The notes under the pieces were generated by a model that saw only the letters and a list, made by a program, of their open reading frames with translations, was not told where the DNA came from and did no database searches. Position numbers and translations under genes: made by a program. From positions 31,558,001 through 31,622,000 of the forward strand of contig OX597814.1 in assembly GCA_951406725.2 (NCBI GenBank): a stretch of DNA of 64,000 nucleotides, in the 5' to 3' direction. Source of the DNA: Octopus vulgaris (taxonomy: Eukaryota). Of this stretch, positions 53,691-64,000 are shown piece by piece (within the stretch, counting starts at the first letter, position 1; every line of letters starts with the position of its first letter).

Positions 53691-54172
53691 AGGTTACCGA
53701 TAATGGTTCTTTTAACACACCGAATTACATGGTAAAGTTATTGATTATAAATTGATTAATTAATTTTACCCATTATTATTATTGACAATATTTATATATA
53801 TATATATACATACATAAATACATACATTATACATGCGTGCATGTATATTTATATATATGTATATACACACATATATATGTGTGTATGTGCACACGCGTGT
53901 TGTACGTCTGTGTGCGTGTGCATACACACACACACACGTATATATATATATATATATATAAGTTCCTATTCCATGTCTTCGTATTTCGTATGTCATGTTC
54001 TTTACGTTTTATGATACCCTGTATCCATATATCTATATGTATATACATATATATGTAAGTATGTACATATATGTATATATGCATATATATGTGTGTGTGT
54101 ATATATCATTATTATTATTATTAACATTATTATTATTATTATATGATTGAACGCCACTCATCCATTTCCAAG

Positions 54173-54273
<101 letters not shown>

Positions 54274-54306
54274 GTGATTTTTGCGAATAGGTCATCTTCG
54301 AAGGAT

Positions 54307-54355
<49 letters not shown>

Positions 54356-55411
54356 GCATGCATACATACATACATACATACATACATACATACACACATA
54401 CACACATACACACGCATTCATTAAACATACATATATAAGTGAGAGCGCGGTTGCAATAGAAAGCTAGTGATATGGAAAGAAAAAAGACACAGATGTGAGA
54501 AACGAGATGCTGAAATGAGCAAAATAACCTTTGATAGTAAAAGATAGAAGTCCAAATGAATTCTTAAATGCAGCATATATAAATACAATATAGTAATATG
54601 AAATAACACAACTCAAAAGATGAAGAAAATCTGAACGAAAATAAATGATCAACACAGAAATATATGAAAGAAAGGATCAACGTAAAACGTAAAATTTCCC
54701 TGAAAAAGACCGAAAAAAGATATACATATATATGCACAATCGAGCGCGTACACACACACACATACATGTATAACTATAATACGAACAAAAATAAACTTTT
54801 GTTAACCACCCACTCCCTTCCGAAAAAAAGAAGAAAAATCGGCGTAAGAAACATTAAATAAATAAATAAACGTGAGGGTGAAAAAAAGAAATATGTTCGC
54901 AAATTTATCGTCTTAATTAGTAGAGTTAGGAATTAAAGCTTTGCACTTATGAAGATAAAGACGGAAAGAAAGAAAGAAATTTACAGAAGAAAGACTAGCT
55001 AACTATTCATCTAAATAGAGTAAGGAGTTGCTGTAATTACAACCAAAAACGTTACTTCTTTATCCAATACGCCTTCCAATTAGCAAATGAGAAGAGGATG
55101 AAGGGAGCGAGGGAAAGAGGAGGATGTGTAGTGTGTGTGTGTGTTTGGCGGGGAGTGAAAGCAGAGTATAAAGAGAGAAGGTGAGTGGTAGGATGAGAGG
55201 AAGAGGGTGTGTGAGAGAGAGAGAGAGAGAGAGGGGGGGAGAGGAAGGTTGGTAGAGAATTGGAGAGTATGAATGAGATGTACAGAGTGGAGATGGTGTT
55301 AAAAAGAGAGATGGGGATGCTACAGAGGGAGATAAATAAAGTTGGAGACAGAGCAGAAATCGTTGGAGAGAGTTTGTATAAGCGTTTGTAGGAAAGACCA
55401 TGAGAGATGTC

Positions 55412-55460
<49 letters not shown>

Positions 55461-55669
55461 AAACAGACATAGGGAGAGAGAGGGGAGAAAGAGAGAGAGG
55501 GGGAAAGAGAGGGAGAGAGAAGGGAAAATACAGAGATAGAGGGAAAGAGAGGGAGAGGGAGAGAGGGAGAAACAAAGAGAGAGAGAAGGAGAAACAGAGA
55601 GAGAGAGAGGGAGAAACAGACAGAGAGAGAGAGGGAGGGAGAAACAGAGAGAGAGAGAGGGAGAAACAG

Positions 55670-55702
<33 letters not shown>

Positions 55703-56056
55703 GAGCGGAATTCCGTAATAGTTTTCTCAGGTGTAAGTGTAAAAATAATGCTGAGAAGGAAGAATAATTTAAGGCATTGAGAGACAGAGAGAGAGGAAGA
55801 TAGAGAAAGAGAGAGATATAGAAAGCGAAAGAGCGACAAAAGAGGGAGAAAAGGAGAGGGAAGGAGAGAGAGAATACGAAAGGACATTGTTGAAAGTGTC
55901 AAATAGGCGAGAGTAGGAGTGAACAATGAGAAAGAGATGGCGGCGCAATGTGTGTGCGTACGTACGCACATGCATCTATATACGCAACTATTTATGTGCA
56001 TACAGGCACATATATGTGTTCGTGCGTCTGTACACGTAATTGTGTATGTGTGTGTA

Positions 56057-56092
<36 letters not shown>

Positions 56093-56557
56093 TGCTTGTG
56101 TGCGAATACAGTATTTTTTAGAGAGAATGTGTGAAAGTGTGAATAGGAATATATATCTCTCTTTCTCGCTCTCCTTCTCTCTCTCTCTCTCTCTCTATCA
56201 ACCTCTTAATGTTACAGCGACCGAAAGAAAAAGAACGTGAGAGAGGAGGAGAGAGAGAGGAGACTGAGAGAGGAGAGAGAGAGAGGAGAGAGAGACGGGA
56301 AGAGAGAGGTAGAAAGAAGCAGAAAGAGAAAAAATGAGAGAGAGAGGGAGGTGAGAGAGAGAGAGGAGACAGAGAGAGGAGAGAGAGAGAGGAGAGAGAG
56401 AGACGGGAAGAAAGAGGTAGAAAGAAGCAGAAAGAGAAAAAATGAGAGAGAGAGGAAGGGAGGTGAGAGAGAGAGAGAGAGGGAGAGTGACAGAGAGATA
56501 TACACGCAGGGACAGAGTGAGAGAGATACACACACACAGTGAGAGAGAGATAGAGAT

Positions 56558-56591
<34 letters not shown>

Positions 56592-56592
56592 C
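55412..56592. repeat. Largely polypurine (GA-rich) low-complexity region
   Basis: (GA)n-derived, with higher-order duplication of gagacgggaag...aaaaaatgagag near 56292 and 56400. Confidence 0.85.
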
Positions 56593-57235
56593 AAAATGAT
56601 ATAGAGTTAATTCAGAGAGAAAAATGAATAATACAGAGAATACACGTTGGACGAAGTTTTAAAGAACTGAAAGAATGAGGGCTGAAACATGAATATGTGG
56701 TACGCTTTTGTGTGGACACACACACAAGCAAGCACACAAGCACACCTTACTCAATACACGCAGGTATAAATACACACACACACTTACATGCACGAATGTG
56801 TGTATGTATGTGTGTACGTACGTAATTATCGTATGTTATTTTAGTGTGTGTGTGTGTTGTATTTGTCTGTGTGCAAGCGTGATTGAGATAAAATAAAGAG
56901 ATTAAAAACGGGCATATAAAAGTAGTTAACACGAATTAGTAACAGAAGTGTGAATGTGTGCGTGTATATGCATGAGAGGATGTGTCAGAGAGAGAGAGAG
57001 AGAGAGAGATAGGGATGGGGGGAGGGAGAGAGTGAAGAGGAGAAATAGAAGGAGAGCGAAGACAGACAGAGGAAGACAATGAGTGAGCGAGGGGCCACAC
57101 AGAAAAGGAGAGAAAGGAGAGAAAGGTAAATAGGGGAAAAAGTGGTTGGTATCAATAAGGCAAGATGAATGCATCTGGAGATGTTTAATGTACAATTTGA
57201 ATGCATTTAACATGTGTGTGTGAGTGTGAGTGTGT

Positions 57236-57302
<67 letters not shown>

Positions 57303-57804
57303 TGTGTGTGTGTGTGTTTGCGTAACATAAATTAGGGAAATGAGAGTTGAAGAGATGACAGGAAGGTAGAGAACTTGACTTCGCAAGTGTTAATAATACA
57401 AACCGTTAATAGTCGGCAAGTATGAAAAGGCAAAAGTGATGCACACACACACACACACGCGCACACACACATATACACACACATACAAACGGACACACAC
57501 GCACAAAATACACGCGCAAACATACGCGCACATACCTACACGCAAATACATACGCACGCACATACACACACGCACACTCGCACACACGCTTGCGAAAGCT
57601 CTCTCAAACACATGCATATACACAAACAACCATAATTCACGTACATATATATATATATATATATATACACGCACGCGCACATACACACACACACACATAC
57701 ACGGACACACTATGTATTGTTATATGCATGTATACATACAATCAAAACACACACGTATTGCATACATATACATGCATATATATATACATATATATGTATG
57801 TATG

Positions 57805-57835
<31 letters not shown>

Positions 57836-58029
57836 GTATACATATATATATACATGCATATATATATATATATACATACATATATATATACATATGTATG
57901 TATACATACATACATATATATATATATGTATATTTATATATATATACATAAATATATGCATGTATATGTATGCAATCTGTGTGTATTTATTGTATGTATA
58001 AATGCATATAAATGTATATAGTGACCGTC

Positions 58030-58102
<73 letters not shown>

Positions 58103-58519
58103 TTGATAGAAGAGAAGCGGAACGAAGGAGAAAGAAAAGGGGGAGAGTAGAAGAAAGTAAGAGTTGCTGAGTATAAAGCAGAATATATCAAAAGAAAGAA
58201 TTGGTGTTGGCCAAATAATGACCGGGAAAATGATTGCAATGCAGAAAAGATGCAGAGGCAAGGGTGCTAGGAAAATCTGTGAGTATGTGTGGGGGGAGGG
58301 GGCACCTGCATCTGTATGCGTTACTGCGTGTGCGTATGTGAGTGTGTGAGTGTGTGTGTGTGTGTATGCACTCGTGTGTGTGTGTATGCACTCGTGTGTG
58401 TGTGTGTGTACCTGTATGCGTTTATATGGCGATTTCAGTGTGAGTGATGTAAGATGGGTGTGGAAAGAAGTGTTTTGATCGGCAGGTAACATGAATGAAT
58501 AATTAAGGCTACTTGCAAG

Positions 58520-58762
58520 AGAGGGAAAGAGAGAGGGAGGGGGAGAAAGCAGGGAGAGAGGGAAAGAGAGAGGGAGAGGGAGAAAGCAGGGAGAGAGAGA
58601 CACAGAGAGAGACAGAGAGAGAGACAGAGAGAGACAGAGAGAGAGACAGAGAGAGACAGAGAGAGAGACAGAGAGAGACAGAGAGAGAGACAGAGAGAGA
58701 CAGAGAGAGAGACAGAGAGAGACAGAGAGAGAGACAGAGAGAGACAGAGAGAGAGAGACAGA
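58520..58762. repeat. (GA)n/(GAGACA)n repeat
   Basis: Directly visible. Confidence 0.9.
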
Positions 58763-58885
58763 GCGATAAATAGGTAGATATAGACAGAGACATCCAGTGG
58801 GAGGGAGGGAGAGACAAAGAAAGAAGGTGGTAGGAGCAGGGCTGAAGGTTTTAAAGAAAAAAAAAACTAAAGAAGAGAAATACCA

Positions 58886-58930
<45 letters not shown>

Positions 58931-59233
58931 TAGGACATAATAGATTGGTTATTAAATGAGAATGTTGTTTAGATGTAGACAGAAATAATTAAAGTTTGTT
59001 TCAATATGTGTGTCTGCATGTGTACACACAGCTCGTGTATGAGGAAGATGGGGACGGAGAAAATTAAGAAAATACAAGCGAAAGTAAATAAAGAAGAGAA
59101 CAGAGGGAGAAAATATAGGGAGTTACCTATCTCCTAACACAGGGGTGTTACCTACAGATAGATTCCTAAATCCATATTGTTACATGCATCTATATCTATC
59201 TATCTATCCATCTATCTGTCTATCTGTCTATCC

Positions 59234-59312
<79 letters not shown>

Positions 59313-59631
59313 AATATATCTATCGATATGTGTGTGTGTGTGTGTGTGTAGAATTTTTGATGTAATACATGTCCTTGAGGTAGTAGTTGTGCGCGGCTGA
59401 AGAAGGCCATAGACACACATTATGCATTGTTATAAATCCGTCTAATAAAGGCCCGAAACATATGTACCGCTGAATCCTTGGGATCATGTTTTTATTTTGA
59501 TTAATTTACTCCACCACCTACACCACCAAACGGTATATACAGGTGCTTACAATTATCAAGTACTCACTCTGAATTCCTATATATATATACATATATATAT
59601 ATATACATATATATCACTCACTCACTCTCTT

Positions 59632-59674
<43 letters not shown>

Positions 59675-61227
59675 TGTATGTGTGTGTTTATATATATGTG
59701 TATATCTATATATGTGTTTATATATATACACACATATATAGATATACACATATATATAAACACATACATATATATGTGTGTATGTGTATTTATATACCTA
59801 TGTATATATATATACGTATGTATATGTATATACATATGTGAGTGTATGTATATATATATATATGTATATGTATATATATATACCTACAAACACACACATA
59901 CACATATACACAAATACACACACACATATACATGCATTTACACATTCATACATACACAGGCATACAGGTATGTGAGTGTTTGCGAGTGCGCGTTTGAATG
60001 CTGAATATTACGATCATGATCGTGATCATCATCATCATCATCAGCAGCAGCAGCATGACCATCATCATCATTATCATTACTATTGTGTTATAATATATTA
60101 TATTGCATTATACCGAGCTGAATAGAAAAATACATGAAGACCGCTTGATAGATAAATATGTAGAGGGAGAGTAAGCGATAAGATAAATATAAAACATAAG
60201 AAATAAAACCTCTATCATGAAAGACGCCGGGAAGTAGTGACGAGAGAATGGGGGGGGGGGGGATAAATAGACGAGGAAGAAAACAGTAATGAGGAGAATC
60301 CATAAATTTATAGAAGAGGGGTGGGTAGAGTAGGGTATGTAACAGGAGTGATTAGCAAGGGAAAATGGTGGTAGGAGTAGGAAGGAAAAAAAAGGAGGTG
60401 AGATCGGCGGAAGTGTAAAGTGTGTGCTTGATATAATAAATGGAGTAGACAGAGAGATTGAGAACATGTAGATAAGGAAGTAAAGGGGCTTCGGAGAGGA
60501 AGGCAGTGAACAAATGGATGAAAGTCCATAAGAAAAGACTTCATTATGAGTATTGCCTTTTTGCCTTTAATAATAGAATCTATTAAACATTAGTAAACTC
60601 GACGTTCCGTTATCAGGAGCTTTGTATCACTAATGGACACTGTAAATGGTTGCGATTTGACAGAATTCCATATTGTAAGCGTTCAGTGTAGCGCAGAACG
60701 CAATCTTGTAACCACCATCTTGTACATAACTACAAATTAACCGATATATTCGCCCAGAATATATTCTCACCATATTTATTCGCCGGAAAATATCTGCACC
60801 GTTTAGATCCCGCACGCCGTTATTATTATTATTATTATGTAATAACGTTCAATAACACATTTATGACCACGTGATCATTTATTGAGATCGATGGAAATAG
60901 AAGTGGGTATGGATATATGGATATATGCATTTGATCTTTATAAAATTATATCGGATTCTGTCTCGCTTTTCTTACTTCCTTTTTTCCATGTCTTTCTTTC
61001 TCGCATCCATTTTTCTCCCCGTATAACATGTACTTTTGTCCACGTGGCTTCTCTTTATGCATGTGTGCAATTAAACACTGTTGTTATATACATACATACA
61101 TACATACATACATACATACATACATACATACATACATGCATGCATACAAGCAAATGTACACACACATGAATCTATGTGCGCATATACATATAACCCGAAA
61201 TATACTGTATATATCCTTCACGGCTGA

Positions 61228-61309
61228 TTTTACCAATCGGTTTCGCACGAGAAATACAATAGGGTGTTAGGTAACAATCCGATTATATAACCTTACGCTA
61301 ATCAGAGTT
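61228..61309 (-). ncRNA. Decayed type I hammerhead (Penelope-like context)
   Basis: Minus strand: CTGATTA gcgtaag...ctcgtgc GAAA ccgattgg TA; G8 is mutated. Confidence 0.45.
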
Positions 61310-61534
61310 AGACGGTTTGGAAAGGAATATGGAGACTGCTCTCTATTTTCGGAGGTGAGTCGACACATCCGGTTTGCGGTTGTGGGGTAAAAGTTGGTGA
61401 AACAGAAAAGAATAAGGGATTAGGTTGTAAAAGCAGTAAGAGTTTTCTTGAAGTGTTTGTGGGAAACGTGTGCATTATTAAGTGTGGTGCTCCTATGGGG
61501 ATAGGGCATGCAATATATATGTAGGGGTGTCATA

Positions 61535-61745
61535 TACTCTTTATTTTTACTTGTTTTAGACATTTGACTGCGTCCGTGCTGGAGCACCGCCTTTAGTCTC
61601 GCATCAACACCAGGACTTATTCATTGTAAGCCTATTACTTATTCCATCGGTCTCTTTTGCAGAACTGCTAAGTTATAGTGAGGTAAACACACCAACATCA
61701 GTTGCCAAGCGATGGTATGGGGACAAGCACAGACACACGAACACA
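61535..61745 (-). mobile_element. SINE family A, 3' half
   Basis: Family match. The 5' half lies at 62410-62575, so this is probably one copy split by the 61790-62335 insertion. Confidence 0.8.
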
Positions 61746-61789
61746 CACGCATACATATGTGTGTGTGTATATATATATATATTTCTCTT

Positions 61790-62335
61790 ACACCCGTCCC
61801 TATTCTTCTCCTCTTTCCTTCACCGTTCCCTCTCTCTTACTCCTCCTCCTCCTCGACTCTCTCGCCACTGACACGTGACCATCTTTCTAACTGCTATCTT
61901 CACCGAGACGAAACGGCTTATCCTGTCCCTCTCATAAGCTGTCTCCTTAATGCGTTAAAAATAATTTTTCCATCGTCTTGACTTAACAGCGCTCATCGTT
62001 TGTTTTTACTATTATTCTCTTTGTCAGTCTTTTACTGTTTTTAATTGTATTGTTTTTACTGTCTTGTTTTGTTCTTTCTGTCCCAAATTTTATCTAATTT
62101 GCTTTGCGGGAAGGACTGTTTCAACCAAGTCGCGTCTTGTCCCTACCTTTGGAACGCGGAGTAGACGAAACAGGGACAACTGAAGAAGGAGAATATTCCT
62201 TGTGTTGTATGTCATGTACTCTGTTTTTTCGTTGTTTGAAAAAATCTTCGTTTCCATGTTTTTGTTTTTATGTTTTCGTTTCTCATTGTGTTGAACGTTT
62301 TTTTTATGTCCTGTACCCATATATGCATAATTATA
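61790..62335 (+). mobile_element. Non-coding pyrimidine-rich repeat with permuted hammerhead strands (probably Penelope-derived)
   Basis: Inserted in the internal (TA)n of a SINE; carries the cgcgtc-ttgtccct...agggacaa-ctgaaga motif. Confidence 0.5.
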
Positions 62336-62409
62336 TACACATAGATGTAGGTATGTACTTATACGTAAGTATATATGCATATATTTATATATTATTTATA
62401 TTATATATA

Positions 62410-62575
62410 TATACAACGGGCGTCTCTCAGTTTCCGTCTGTCCAATCTACTCACAAGTCATTGGTCGGTCCGAGGCTATAATAGAAGACATTTGCCCAAG
62501 GTGCCACGTGATGGGACTGAACCCGGAATCATGTTGTTGGGAAGGAAGCTTCTTACCACACAGCCATTCTTGCGT
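62410..62575 (-). mobile_element. SINE family A, 5' half
   Basis: Family match including the B box. Confidence 0.85.
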
Positions 62576-62919
62576 GTTTATGTGTAATTTTTCTTAGCGA
62601 TGTAGGTATATATAATTGTGTTCGTTAGTTTGTTTTCTTTCTGTATTAGTTATGGTCGTATGGGGTTTATGTTAGCGAGTGATGCGCAATGTGTTTGTGG
62701 GGGGAGGTCTATATATGTGTGTGGATACAATGAGTGTCAAGGGGTATAAGTTGGGGGGGGGGGCAGTTTCTTTGTTGGGTGTCAGCTTTGTTGGGGATTG
62801 CGTGTGTGTACATGGGTGTGTTGGTGTATGCCCTGATCAATCATTTTGCTGGGCTCCAGGGTATTGGAGGAAGGCCAAGGCCGGGGACTTGTGGTTGTAG
62901 TCATATTGGGGCGCACAGG

Positions 62920-63600
62920 TACGATAGCATGTGCTTCCTTTCGCGTGGCCAAGGGTTAAACATTCCGCTCCCTTCAGGTAAATATCCAGGCGCTGGTTAC
63001 ACTTTAAAATGCTCTCTTCTTCTCAGCCAGGCACAACCTGCACTTCCGGCTGCTGTTGAAGTTCGGTTTACATTTCTCCAGTATCTTCCACTTTATGACG
63101 TACTCTGTGACGCTTTTTTTTCAAAGATCAGACGTGCTTGGCCAGGGTTATGGTGTTACATCTCACCGGGATGTTGAAAGAGAACTTTTGGTTGTCAATA
63201 CGGGTTCTGAAAAGGCTTTCCGTTAACCCCATATACTTCCGCAAGCTCGGTTGCTTATTGGATCCTATGGCTACTATCACTGCTTCGTAAACAACTGTCT
63301 CTGTGTTATAGTTGCCGTTCAGCGGACATATTGCGTTACCCTTGCATGGGCATCCTGCCTCTGCTTCGGATGTAATCTTATCTACTAAAATCTCTTTTAC
63401 ACTAGGTTCACAGCTAAAATATATTCTCAGAGTATGTCTATTACATATTTTGTTGCATCTATTTGTACGTGGAAAGTGTTTATCAACTAATCTAATGAAG
63501 GTCTTACCTACTGTGGTCTTCATATTTAAAGAAAAGGACGGCGTGGACCACAACACTTCTCGGTTGCACTTTCTCTTGGGGTGGGAGGATAGGGTCTGAC
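62920..63600 (-). mobile_element. Penelope-like element C-terminal region with GIY-YIG endonuclease, pseudogenised
   Basis: REVLWSTPSFSLNMKTTVGKTFIRLVDKHFP...CPCKGNAICPLNG..VVYEAV...KYMGLTESLFRTRIDNQKFSF; after a stop and frameshift, VIKWKILEKCKP...KCRLCLAEK. Confidence 0.88.
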
Positions 63601-63767
63601 ATATAACTAATACTATTCTGGGAAACCGCTGGCAGCCACACGGGGTTGCACGGGGTTGCAGCATCAAAGATCTCTTTGCTTGAAGATAGGCTGACAAGCA
63701 CGCACGCCCCAACATATGACACCACTACACATATCACATACCCCATCCCCACAGGATAACCACACTT

Positions 63768-64000
63768 AATACTGTGAGAGGAAATCGTCGGATCACCGTC
63801 CGTGAGTTGTCAGAGGATATGCAGATTAGTTACGATTCAGTTCAGTCCATTCGCACTGAAGATGTTGTGGATGAGATGCATGTCTGCCAAGTTTGTGCCG
63901 AAACTGCTTTCAGCTGACCAAAAGAACCAATGAGTTTTAGTTGCACAAGATTTCCTAGATAGTGCCGAGGACGATGACGCTTTTTTAAAAACTTTGCGTA
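63768..64000 (+). mobile_element. Mariner transposase fragment (HTH2 plus linker), pseudogenised, runs off the window
   Basis: NRRITVRELSEDMQISYDSVQSI, frameshift, then MSAKFVPKLLSADQK (WVPHEL-equivalent motif), with an in-frame stop. Confidence 0.88.

Noticed and set aside
55933-55946. YY1-like AGATGGCGGC promoter motif
   Set aside because: A single short motif with no transcript or gene evidence.
63128-63130. In-frame TGA in the Penelope-like ORF as selenocysteine
   Set aside because: It falls at a position expected to be Trp and is followed at once by a frameshift, which indicates ordinary decay.

Overview
This is AT-rich, microsatellite-dense eukaryotic non-coding DNA, intergenic or intronic. 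The repeat landscape looks like that of an octopus/coleoid cephalopod (inference). I could not support any host protein-coding gene: nearly all listed ORFs are translations of (TA)n, (CA)n, (GATA)n or (GA)n repeats. The window is a mosaic of decayed transposons: three tRNA-derived SINE families, CR1-type, R4/Dong-type and RTE-type LINE fragments, several Penelope-like (GIY-YIG) remnants, a mariner transposase fragment, a mariner-type MITE, a possible solo LTR and fold-back elements. Four signals stand out. (1) Hammerhead ribozyme motifs lie in Penelope-like segments: one has a fully canonical core (3771-3858), and others carry core variants or are decayed. (2) Two related segments carry hammerhead strands in a non-circularly permuted order with a covarying stem I (62131-62191 and 14785-14841). 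(3) SINEs swap modules, with 3' tails matching LINE fragments in the same window. (4) A long hairpin has repeated asymmetric ACTCG cores (50248-50391). All calls were made by eye, and boundaries of decayed repeats are approximate.
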